From Proteromonas lacertae (Eukaryota), in contig NGBS01000010.1 of assembly GCA_002245135.1 (NCBI GenBank), positions 1 to 64,000 of the forward strand: 64,000 nucleotides of DNA, in the 5' to 3' direction. Position 1 is the stretch's first letter; every line of letters starts with the position of its first letter. Under the pieces are notes generated by a model. That model worked only from the letters and a program-made list of their open reading frames with translations, was not told where the DNA came from and did no database searches. This document shows positions 1 through 12,959 of this stretch, piece after piece. A program made the translations under genes and the position numbers.

Positions 1-163
1 AAAGAAAAACAAAAATTTGAATTCAAACATGTTTGAAAATAAAAAACTTACTATAATAAACCAAATAATCAACATTTTAGTTTTAAAAACATTAATACAA
101 ACATATATAAGATGGAAAAAGACAACAGAATATTAAATTTCTTTAAATGATAAAACTACTCAA

Positions 164-1971
164 TTACTCTTTTTTCATCCAATGCGGTGTCATATCAACT
201 CTTCTTTGAGGAACTGGAGGTATTTGACTAGTAAATGAGCTTATATCTTCTCTTCTTCTAACATATATGTATCATCATTGTAATTCTAAACAATAAATTA
301 ATAGATATACCTCTCCATAATATCGATTAACAATGTTTTCAGCATAAGAACACAAATCCGAGGGAATGCAGTCAGAATATTGAATATTCTCTAAAACCTC
401 AATAATGTTTAAAGCTTCAAAATATTTCAGTAATCCATCTATTCACTAGCTAATAAAATATCGAAGATTGACAATATATTATTCATAACACTAACATCAA
501 CCATAGCCCTTAATATGGTTAATAATAACTCAGGAATTTTCAAATTATAAATATCATTAAGATATTGGTTATTGTTGATTATTGATAAAGTGTGAATGAT
601 TTTTATTACTTCTTTTTGTTGATCAAATGTTCCATTATTTAAATAGTATATACATTTCCCAAGTAGATTATTATTTATAAAATAATCAATACATGGTTGA
701 TAGTTAGATATCAACATATTATTGATGACCCAAACTATTTAACAATACAATAATACAATTCATAAAATACGTATTTCTTTCACAATACAGTGTATTGGAT
801 GTTGTTCAATCAAATTCATTAATAACGGATATATTTCATTATGTTTCAATAACAATAAACATATTTCATTATTATCACAACTGATGATATTACCAAATAT
901 TCTAACTAAAGGAATGAAAAATTGCTCATTTATATTCTTTATATTATTCATAATATGGATCAAAATTGCTGATAATAAATCATTTGTAATTAATAATTCA
1001 ATTAACATTTTATTGTCTTTATCATCATTCTTTGCTGTTAGAAATGTATAACACCATAATATTTCATACAGTATTTTAGTGTATTTGCCTGTATTATTAT
1101 CAATTTTAAATATCATTGTTAATATAGTGTATAAGATATTCGGTATATTATGCTTTAAAAATATTTCACCTTTTGTGTTATTTCCTCTCATTAGATTGGA
1201 TAATGTCCACAAACTGATTTGTAAATAACTCAATTTCATTGATATTATTCCTACTAGATGCTATAGCAGATAATGTTGTAGTAATAACGTTACATACACT
1301 CGATATCTATTAATTATATGTTAAAATAGATTATTTATACAACTCCTTGTTTAAATAATATATCTCTATATTCTTGGCAATCTCAGCTAAGTTTCCTATA
1401 GCCCAAGTGCTATAATGCCTAATCTCTATACTATCTGATAATAAATAAGCTATAAAGTATGAGGATGCAGGTAAAACTGAGTTTGTTTGCTCATGAGAAC
1501 CTGATGATATATTTACTAGACATATAGTGAATCTACACGTAATTCAGATTCACTAGTATCTGATAAATAGCCGATTAATTTTGCTATTATACCGGATGAT
1601 ATAATCTATTTATGATTATTATGAACAAATTGTTGTACTTCGTCAAATGGTGGATTTTCGTTAGTAGTGAGAATCTGTCTGAGCTGCTTCAGACTTGCTA
1701 TTATTTTAGATTTATCTTTTGTGTCAGACTATATGTATATCATATTATAATACATTTAATAATTCTATTTATTGGTGCTAATTCAATTTTTGTATTTTCT
1801 AAATTTTCATACACCTCTTCTTTTTGACAGTATATTTTTTTCTCTTCTTAATTGGGTTGTTTTCAATTGAGCACTTCTTCTATTCTACAAAAGTATACTG
1901 TCAATATAATATACCTCCGATGCTTGAGATGAAAATGATTTAATAGGTTTCCTGTAATAAGGCACAGACAT
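164..1971 (-). CDS. Armadillo-repeat protein, importin-alpha/TMCO6-like (multi-exon; apparent frameshifts in 5' half)
   Basis: ORF 760-1239 has ARM motifs (LWTLSNLMRG, YEILWCYTFLTA, PLVRIFGNIIS); TWAIGNLA near 1385-1410; basic N-terminus; short GT-AG introns. Confidence 0.7.
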
Positions 1972-2048
1972 TTCTGTTATTTAATTTTTAAAATATGGTG
2001 TATCGAAATTTAATTGAAAAAATACACCTATTAATTTAAATATCTAAA

Positions 2049-3110
2049 ATGAATGGGATAGATTGGTTTTTAACAAATGGCATCAGAATTATTTTCATGA
2101 TATTCATTATTATTGTCATTTGCATAATTATAGAACAGATAATTTATCAAATAGGAACATATATTCACTCACTCAGATATACATTTAAAGAAAAACATAT
2201 ATTGATTATTGGTGGTTTAATTGGCTTGGGTAAAGAAATGAGTAAGCAATTAATTCACAAATGCAAACATTTGTCAATTCTTGATAAAGATAAAACGTTA
2301 CTCAAATCTACAAAATATGAAATTGAAGATTTTGCAAAGAATAAACAAGAATTAAATGTCAATATTGTTCCAGCAGATATATGTGATTATATCCAATTAC
2401 AACCAAAAGTCGATGAATTAACAACGAAAGTAGGAGATGTAGATATGTTAGTAATCAACATCGAAACAATTCATTCACATTATCTCTTCACAACTCAATT
2501 AGAAGAATATGAAAATACTGCTGATATTTATTACAGTTTACTAAACGTAATGAAAATAGTAGTACCTAGAATGATGGAAAGAAATAAAGGTGAAATAGTT
2601 ATAATAATGCCTTGGGTTGCATTAAGTGGTTATATTGGTTATAGTACTTCTGCACCTATGTATTATGCAATTAATGGATATATCACATGTATGAGAAATG
2701 AATTATCTAAATTTGATGGAATCAAAGTATATTTTTAAAATTTTATGTTTAATATTTATTTAGATCATGTAGCTTATACTCCACATATGCAACCAACTGG
2801 ATTTGAGTTATTAAGCAATAAATTGAATGAAACAATAGCAATTGAACAGAATGATATATTATATGAAATAAAGACAGTTTCGAGGAATATTATTAATAGT
2901 ATAGCTAAAGGTGAGTATTATATAAGTTGTGGCCACTTTACTATTAATTTATTGATAAGGCTATCCACTGGAATTACAGATCGAAAGAATCTGTTTTTAG
3001 ATACCATCATTGCTCCATTTAGTGTGCCTATTTTGTGGTACTATAATTGGTTCAGAAGACACGAAGTGAAAAGAATACATGAAAATGAGAATATTCAGAT
3101 TGATATGTAG
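2049..3110 (+). CDS. KDSR: Short-chain dehydrogenase/reductase, 3-ketodihydrosphingosine reductase-like
   Basis: N-terminal TM segment, Rossmann-like ILIIGGLIGLGKEM, GYIGYSTS region, hydrophobic C-terminus; intron at ~2728-2763 joins ORFs 2049-2738 and 2745-3110; catalytic YxxxK looks degenerate. Confidence 0.65.
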
Positions 3111-3231
3111 ATTTAGTTATTTATATGATGTAAATGTAATTATATAGGTTTAATTAACATACTTACATATTTAAAACAGTATTTTTAAAATTAAGATTAA
3201 CATTTATATTATATTCATAAAATAACACTAA

Positions 3232-4928
3232 TTATCCATCATACATATCATAATCTCTTCGGAACTATTAATAAAAACAATAAATAAATATACTAATTCC
3301 CAAACATGAGTAACACTGCATAAATCAATATTATTACCTCCTAAACCAGCTTTTAATCTATCACTTTGACCAAGTCTAATTTACAAATAAAATAAAATAA
3401 ATACATAGTTCTCATTCTTTCATATAGTTTCTCAGATAAATCTTTATAATTTGGTTGAGGTCTTTTAGGTGGAACTACCCATATAACAGCAGGTTTTGGA
3501 GGTTGACTCTTATTCTGATATACATATAATTCAGCTAAATAAATCTTTGCTAAAATACTTAAGAATTGAGAAATAACTAAACTCAATTGTGGGAATGTTG
3601 TAGTACTTTGTTCTTTCCATAATAACTCAAACTTTGTCAAGCCATAAGCTAATAATAACCCAGATTCAGCCATATATAATGAATCATAAAAAGCACCAAG
3701 TGTATTATAAAACTGACAATACACAGTAATTCTACACATCCATCTCTTTGGAAAGTATCCCAACTACAAGGTAACATCTTATCTGTAGCTAAATGATATT
3801 TTATTCCACCTAACTGTGCTGCACTTAAATGATATTCATTCTCAAATTGTTCTTTGAGTTTTTTACTAATTTCATTGGTGGATAATTCAATATTCTAAAG
3901 TATTTCAATAATACTCCTCTGTCATTTTGGTAGAGTAATTTGAATGTTTTCATTGAAGTAATTGCTGCAAGGAAATCTCTCTTTATTTCAGAGTATTGAA
4001 TAATCTCTTTATCTTGATCATATAATGACAATAACTTTATATAATAATGAGGAATTTCATGTGCATTTCTTATATTAGGTGGCTATTCAAATAATAATTA
4101 ATATAATAAAATATACTAATGTATTGAAGTAAGATATTAAATATTTACAATGTAATTGAATTGCTTCTCTTTCAGCTAAGAATTCTTTGGTATAAATATC
4201 TCTTGCACAAGCATCAGTTATGATATAAAATGACATGCAAGCTCTATATAAAACATCATAAGTTCTTTGTCTTATCTGACTCCATTCTAATTGATGAATA
4301 TTGTTTTTATTGACTTTAAAGTTAGTACCACTTCCACCAAATATTTCATACAATTCAATCTCTCTTAAACCAGTGGAAGATAGTATAATCATTAATACTA
4401 GTGGTTTAATGAATGGAGATTCTTTCTCTAAACAATTCAACATGTGAACATAGTATTTATGAACATCTAATGGAATTTGTCTACCAAATCTTCTCTTGAA
4501 TTGAACCACTGATCCTGAAGCTCTTAAATGTCTTGCTGCATTACACAATCTGTGCAAATTGCACAAATTCTATTCAAAATAAAATAATAAATAATAATAT
4601 ATATACCATTGCTTGAACATCATCCAATGTCTTTTCCATTCCTAATATTTCTTCAAATTCATTTATATCACCAGCGACATTATGATAATAAGACTTCATC
4701 ATATTCTTCAATTCTGGTTTTTCACAGGAAGATATATCCAATTTCTTCCATCCTAATTTAGATGAGAATGAAATTGCCATATCACCACTATAATAATAAT
4801 ATTAAAAATAATAGTCTATATATATACACTTGTGTTTTAATAGTTGCAGACATAAATATCTTTACATTTGGAGGTGGACGAATATTGAACCAATCAAAAT
4901 TAGTAATTGGCTTTTGTTTATCTATTTT

Positions 4929-4962
<34 letters not shown>

Positions 4963-7900
4963 TAATATAAATTATACATGTTAATCTATCAATTCCATCA
5001 ATGATAATCAAAAATTCAAATTTCTCACTTGGAATCATACACAACACATCCTGAAACTCTGTTGCAATATCTTTACCTTGTGATTCAGGTAGATTAAACT
5101 CACACATTATTGATATATCTTTCATTATTGATTTAATCATTTTATTCACTTCAGTAGTAAGATAATCACAACCTACAAATCTTGAAATAACACCCAATTT
5201 AACAATATCTTTACGACATAAGAACATAGAAGGTAATGGTTTATCAAATACACTATCTGGATAACTATAAATAGTAGGATGATTTTGATATAATTCCTTC
5301 ATAAATTGTGCAAACATTGTTGATTTTCCAGTACCAGACAAACCAGTTAATAATAGAATATCATTACCTGGACCTGAATAATATTCATTCAAATATTCAA
5401 ATTAAATCTTATGAAGTGGTCCATAATATTCAATTAATGATTCAGCGCATGTCCAAGTATGTACTGCTTCAATATCAACTGATAAAGTTGGTACTTCACA
5501 TTCAGGGAATTCAGTACCAAGTAATTCTTTAAAATCTGTAATGATTGCATTCTTTAATTCACTTATATTTCTGTAATGATTTGTTACTCGATCTGTTAGA
5601 TCGATTTTTGATTTCAATAACTGTTGCGCTCTTTTTGAGTATAAATTAGTTAAACACATTTCTTTTACATGAGGTATATTTGTTGGAACATTTGCTGGAT
5701 GTCTTAAATAGAAGAAGAAAGTTGGCGGTAAAACTTGTAACTGCATTTTGGGGATGAAATACAATGAATTCAATTCAAATTCTGTTACTGATAAACCAAT
5801 ACCTGTATTACAATGAGGATTTTGAAAGCCTGATAACCAAGGTCTTTCTTTAATTATACTATCTGGCAAATATTCTATTGAAATAAAATAAAGATATATT
5901 ATACGAGGAATCCATCCATATTCTTCACCTAATAAACTGAAGAAATATGGATAACATTGCTCTAAATCATATACAACACTTGTTAAAACATCTCCACTTC
6001 TAACATTCATTGTGGTAAAGTCATTTCTCATATCAACAAACATTATACCAACTTTACGATTATCACATTCTTTCTTTGCCATTTGCAGTAATTCTCGTGA
6101 TATAAATGCTCTTTCTTCATCCATATCCCTATAATAGAAATATTAAAATAATATTAATAGTATAATACTCTAAAGATGTATTAATATATATTCTCAAACA
6201 TCTCTGTAACATTCTCTGATATTTATTTAATTGTGGTAATGGAATTGTTGCATTGAATATTGGAGAAGTTGCTATTAATTGATTATTGTAATTCTTCAAG
6301 TATAATTTCAATTCATATTTTCCAGGGAATTTTGGTAAATTATGAACAGTAACTTTACCAGTGCATGCTTTATCTAACGGAATACTAACTAAAGAATCAT
6401 CAGGATTTCTAACACCCAATTCATACAAACCAATATAAGCACCATCATCTGGTTTATTTTTGTCCATTTTAGAATATTCTAATTGATAAGAAACATCATA
6501 AGTTAAACCACAAACAACTGAATTAGGACTTTGTAGAGAACCTTTGACAAAATGTGCTAAGAATAACATTGGCTCACCAACAGTACATAAACTACCATCT
6601 ACAAAATATCTAACACGATAATAGCCAGGTACTTTCGGCTGATCAGTGAAATAAACAGTTCCAAAATTCTCTTTGGGTGGTATAAACACTGTAGCTACTG
6701 GATATGCATAATCTTCCTTAATATAATTTGGATCACACATTTCATCACAGATGAAGAACAATGCAATATAATCCCTTTCAGTGTGATATCTATCTCTATC
6801 AACTAAGTGTTTGTATTCATAATCAATACTTACCCTTTCACCTAATATTGTGTCACTTTCACCACATATTTGGACGTTAATGTAGAAATCTTCGACTATG
6901 GGATGACTGAGTAGATTTGATATTGAATAACTATATATATATATATATATATAACCATACAAGTACATTTCTGTTAATTCTTCTTGATTTGGTATAATGT
7001 ATAATCCTTTTCTTGCAGATTCTGCTGCTTCAACTAGTTAAATAATAATAATTATTATATATAATAATTATATACAATATTCTTTCTTTTCTAAATGTTC
7101 TTTTGCTTCATTAATAAAGTAAAATTCATCCAATTTGATCTCTGGTGGTGGTTTAACTATATATAAACAAAAATAACATAATAAATATACATAATTCTTT
7201 ATTCTGTTTCATTTGTTCCAACATATATTTGGTTTTAATCATTTTTCTCTTAGCTCTCAATATTCTAATACCTCTGCAAGGACCAGCTTGAATACTATCA
7301 AGCTTATTCTTAATCACTAACAAATGAGTGTTAGTTTCATGTTTTAATTCTTCTAAATCATTCTCTTTTCCTTCTGCAAGGTATAAAAATCTTAATAATC
7401 CTTTATATCGCTGTGTTTCTGGATCCATTGGACCTAACATTGTATAACAATTATAAAATAATTTTTGAATTGTTTCTTCGCCTTTTGTGTAGTCTATTTT
7501 ACCTGGTTTACGGTATGGTTCTGGTATAAATGCAGTTCTTTTTTGAAATAAATTTTCTAATTTAAATGTGCCTGACTTTTTAGGTGGTGAAGTTGGTGCT
7601 ATTTAATTATAATTAAATAGAGTATATACTGGATGGTCTAGGTGTTAAATTACTTCCTTTTACAAGATAACTTCTTCCTCTTGGACCATCTATTCCATAT
7701 CTTCTTCTAGCAGTTCCTTGTGCTGAACTTGTTCCCAATGGTGATCTCAGTGTTTTATGTAAGTTTGGATTTCTTTCAGGAGTTTTATAATTTGGTATAC
7801 TAACTGTTAAAGGTAATAAATCTGGCTCACTTCGATAGAATTTATCAACTTTCTCTCTATTCATGGAATTAATTATTTAGAATAAATATACCTCCTTTGA

Positions 7901-8154
7901 TCAAGGTCATCACTTTCTAGTTTAGATATTGTAGAATAATCTTCTCTTGTTTTTAACCATTTGGGTGTTTTCTAAAATTTAATCTTTCACATATACAAAT
8001 ATAGGTAGTGAAGCAGCTTTTTTCATCTCTTGCTCTGATGTTCCAAACTATAGTTGAGATAAGCTAATCAGCAATATACAGGTTTATTTTTTAGTGGTAT
8101 TGTAGTACCAAATCCTATTAAATGTGATGAAGGACTATTTTTCATGGATTTCAT
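3232..8154 (-). CDS. Large DUF4062 + NACHT-like P-loop NTPase (NPHP3/TEP1-like) with upstream beta-sandwich segments
   Basis: EERAFI...FVDMR, CYPYFFSLLGEEYGWIP and SVTEFE (DUF4062-type); Walker A LTGLSGTGKST; Walker B IIIDGIDRL; two PKxPGxYx(V/L)xY segments; many short introns. Confidence 0.7.
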
Positions 8155-8256
8155 ATTATAGGCTAAATAAATAAAAAAGAAAAATTCAAAAACGAAATAA
8201 TAACGGCTATTAATTTAAAATAACTAAAAACTCATACAGAGATTAAACTAATTAAA

Positions 8257-10316
8257 TTATCTTAATAAATTACCAATAAATCTATTCCATTCTAAAAGAC
8301 TATCTGCATTATTGAATAAAATCTCTCGATTTGATAACATTTTCTTCTTTTCTTCTTTGTAATATGTCTCATTGTTTATCAGTTTCATTGTGATTTCTAT
8401 ATATTCTTTTTCATTCTTAGCTATTCTATTATTTATATAAATAACAAATTATTATACAATTCTTCCATATCGATTATCTTATAAAATGAACCACCTAATC
8501 TACCTCGAATATCTTCTCCATAGTTTGTTACATATAATACACCAGCATTTATACTATCTATCGCTGTTTGACTTCCATCATATGGGAATGTATGTAACAT
8601 CAAATCACTTAATGTCATTAAACCTAAAAATCGATTTCTTCCTTCTACTCTATTAATAAAGTGCATTTTTGTACCTTTGAATGACTTAATCATATGACAT
8701 TTAAAGTAATATTTCTCTCTATTAAAACCTGTAAAAGGCATTAAAAATAAAAGTGATATTCTATTAGATAGTTTTGTGATTTGTTTTAATGTTTCTATAA
8801 ATATTGGAGAGTATTTGGTTATATCTTGATATATTCCCAATACAAATTCATCTTCATTTATGTCATACTCTTTTCTGTTTGTTTCTATATACTTATACTT
8901 TTCTTGATAATGAATTAAACCACGAAATAGAATTGGTTGTTCTGTGTAATGATATAATAGCTTTTCATGATTTTCAATTATATCACTACTTATGTAATAA
9001 TCGATATTATCACATCCACTTGTTATTGGATTTATTAAATGCATTATCTATTTTAAAAAAATTATCAATTATGTTATACTTGATAATAAGCACTTCGACC
9101 CATTGATAATAAATAACTTCCAATGGAATTATAAATGTCAGAAAATATTAATATATCTAATTCACATCTTGATAATATCTTCACACATTCATTAAATTCA
9201 ATTGGCATTTTATACAATCTAAGAAATATAAACAACATAATTATATAATATACCCTTTCAAATATCTAAATATTGGATCATTTAATACATAATCCATTAC
9301 AAACAAATAAATATCATAATCAAGTGAAAGTGATCGAATTAAAGATCGGATGTATTGAGCATGAACATGACCTGGATGGTAAAAACTAATAATAAATCCA
9401 ATTCTACTTCTAATTCTATCTGGCGTATGTGGAAAACCTATTTGAGAAATATGAATAAGATAAAAATACGTTTTAAAGATGGATCAAGAAATGGTGAAAC
9501 ATAATTCTTTATATTTAATATCTTCTTTATTCCTGTAACTACTTTTTTGACATAGGGAAGTGGAGGATAATACTTATAGTTATAGAAGAATAAAGGATTA
9601 TCATGTACATCTCTTATAATATTTTGTATTGGCTCTGTATAATTCAATATATAATCTATATTGTTATTGATTGATCTAAAATATCCATAATAACTATCAT
9701 TATCAAATAAATTTCTTGGAATAAACAAAGACATCATTAATACAATACTTTTATCACAATATGACAATCTATTGAGCAATATAACATTTTGTTTTTATTA
9801 TACGCATATTTTTGGTATTGTTGGATAATATCCAACAATCCTTCACTATTTGCTTTTCTAGTAATAATCACATTGAGGATATATATATATATACGTAAAT
9901 TGCTCATAAATGATAAAGCAAAACTGAGATATAACTTCTGGTGAAGAATTTTGGAAATAGTCAAAAATGAACATATCAAAATATTCACCCTTTTTCTCCT
10001 TCTATTTATTATTAATTGCATATTTTATATTTATACATTCAAAATATTATAGATATATAAAATGCTCTCTGGTTTTGGAGGAGAACATGAATGTAAATAT
10101 GAAATTACTGTGTTTGGTATAAAATCAAAGTCTTTATTCTAATTCGCATTATATAAGATTCATACATCAATGTAATGATTTATTGTTCTATTAAACACTT
10201 CTGTAGAACAGAAAAATGTTGATTTATTAGCTTTTACCAGTTTCACTATATATTTAACTACATAAACTTATACATGTCAATATTATCAACATTACTAGAA
10301 CTTTATTTACATACAT
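8257..10316 (-). CDS. GT41 (O-GlcNAc transferase/SPINDLY-like) glycosyltransferase domain protein, possible signal peptide
   Basis: TSGCDNIDYYIS and SDLMLHTFPYDGSQTAIDSINAGVLYVT...RGRLGGS match the GT41 C-terminal pattern; putative start MYVNKVLVMLIILT; 5' extent uncertain. Confidence 0.6.
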
Positions 10317-10359
10317 AGAGAGTTATTTTAAATAATGTGTCTCAAGCTTTGTTTGACTA

Positions 10360-11814
10360 ATGATTCTTTTTTTAATTTTAATCGGTTTATCTTTGAATTT
10401 CTTCGGAATTTGTTGTATGTTTATATTGTCTATAATTATTAGCGAGTATTTCTTACAGTTGTTCAAAAGATGAAGAAGTAGATGTCGTTTGCTTCAACCA
10501 CAGCTTAAATTCGTATGGTACTATATATTTTGATGACATTTCATATAATCAAACAATACAAGTGACTCTAGCAGAGGTATTAATAAATGTATCAATATAA
10601 TCTAGAAATACTATAAGAAATACTCAGATTACAATGTTTCTGAATCATGTCATAACTCTTTACAAGATTTATCATGTGCAATTTTTATACCATTTTGTTC
10701 TTCTAAAGAAGCTATTCCTGTATGTCGTTCTGCTTGTAAAGATATAGAGAATACATGTCATGTAGGATTAATGTGTGATATTATACCTGATTACTATAGA
10801 TGTGTAACATTATATGAGTATTTTAATGAAAATCCAGGAATTGCAGCTCATTACGTTACATACTCATTATTCCTAGGGTTTTGGGTGATTTTGTTATTGT
10901 ATTGGTTGTATAATACATTTTATCGTGATAGTACAGCAAGTACTTATTCTTCCAAATTTCTTTCACTTATACCAATCCTCAAAATAATGATTATTGCATT
11001 TCAGTTTTATTTTTACAGTTGTTTCTATAGTAATAATTGTTCATTGGTAGCTAAGATATTTGAAGCGATATTCCTAATAATAGTGGATTGGATAATATCA
11101 AGTCATTTTTATATAATTGCAAAAGGGTTAAATTTGATATATAACAGTATCTCAGTTAAAAAGAATATCGATCATATGATTTATTCGATCAGTGTGTTAG
11201 TTGTTGCTACTGTATGCTATCCATTATTAGTTGTATATAATATTAAAGAAATAATGATAATAAAGGCGTGTTTAAATTTGGTGTTTACTGTTATTTTGTT
11301 ATTAAGAATGAAATATACAGTGAAACAATTAGTTTGGCATATGAATTCATTTTCAGATCAATTTGTTGATCCATTAAACACAGTTTTATTAACAAAATAT
11401 ACACTATATAGAATATTCATGATATTGTTGATTATATATTTCATTCTTGGATCTCTTGGGAATATTTTTGCTTTTATGTATTTACCAGCTTATAATTATT
11501 ACTATTATACATTGTATATTGAATTAGTGGATGCAGTATGTATTGGATCATTTATGATACTATTCCGAAGTAGACCTGAGTCTCCTTCATTCTCATTATA
11601 TCCCATTGATCATGTATTAGTTGATTTACCTCCATTGAGAATGTGTAATGTTAATTCACATAAAAATAATAAGAGAATAGAGAATAAAGAGATTATTATG
11701 TTTACTAATCCAGATAATAGACATTATTTAGGCCTACCGCCTAGAGTAATAGAAATGGAACAAAAACCAATTAAATTGAATGATAGTCTTTTATTACCAA
11801 TATATGATATTTAA
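10360..11814 (+). CDS. Signal peptide + Frizzled-type cysteine-rich domain + multi-pass (about 7 TM) receptor-like protein
   Basis: MILFLILIGLSLNFFGIC start; in-frame CAIFIPFCSSKEAIPVCRSACKDIENTC just upstream of ORF 10771; ORF 10771-11814 has about 7 hydrophobic helices. Confidence 0.6.
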
Positions 11815-11959
11815 TCGATTATATTGATATTTAGTAATGTATGTAGAGTATATGTTTTCGTTGATTTATTGTAATTAACGTAAATTATTAATTTAATTCA
11901 TTATATTTATGTTTTATTGTATGTGTTCATTATAACAAGTGAAATATAAATATACATAT

Positions 11960-12886
11960 TTAAAACAAATAATTTAATGAAGTGAATGCTTCATCTAATC
12001 TAATTAACTCATTTTTCAATAATACTTCATCTATACCATCTACTTTCATCTTTGCAATCATTAAAGAACATTTATTACAATCACAAGGTTTTATTTCAAA
12101 TACTGATATTCTCTTTCCTTCTATAAGAGCAACATAGAACTGACTCATTTTCTCTGTTGGTTTAACCTTCATTAAATCTAGTAAAAACAATCCATTTACT
12201 AAAATTTCTTCAGAAAATACTATTTCATCTGATATATTATCGAATGCTAAGTATTTACATTGTTGTAGAATATATATTCCTGTTGTATATTGGATTTGAA
12301 GTGGTAATTTAGTTGATGGACTTGGAATAGAAAGATTAACAATAACATTACACTATATTTACATATATTATTAGTTATTTATATATACTTGCTGAGGATG
12401 TTTAAGTTTGATTTCTTCTGATAGTTTAAAAGATTGAGATAAATCTTCTAAATTAATAGATATTTCTTTATTTAGTGAATTTTCTATTTGTTCTTTGGTA
12501 TTTGCATTAATAACAACTATTTTTAATTTACCATTATTAAGAGGAAATGATGTAGGTGAAATAACCAATTTCATTGTCAATGGATCTGAAACAATACACA
12601 TCTCTTATTAATACATAATAAAACGATATAAAAATACTGCATCTATAGCTGTAAAGCATTGCTTTCTCTAACATTGAACTCATAGTTTGAACTGCTTTTA
12701 AATTATTAGTAACATTACTTGACATTTGTTTAAAAGAATCTGATAGAGTAGAAGATATTGTAGAGAGATATTTATTTAATCCTTCATTCACAGTTTCTCT
12801 AACATGATAAATCAATAGATATACAGTTGAGATACTGATTCTGATGATTTACGTTTCTTATTTGGAGGTTCTTCTTCTGAATTCAT
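11960..12886 (-). CDS. Hypothetical protein (multi-exon)
   Basis: Start MNSEEEPPNKKRK (NLS-like); ORF fragments 12537-12815, 12371-12601 and 11960-12190 separated by short introns. Confidence 0.5.
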
Positions 12887-12959
12887 TTTTGAAAATATAG
12901 TGAGGTTTGATTAACATTTGTTACAAAAAAGACCTTTCATAATAGAATAAATAATTAAT

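Noticed and set aside
1240..1971. Pseudogenisation or recoding of the ARM gene
   Set aside because: Single-base frame breaks are more simply sequencing/assembly indels; cannot be resolved without reads
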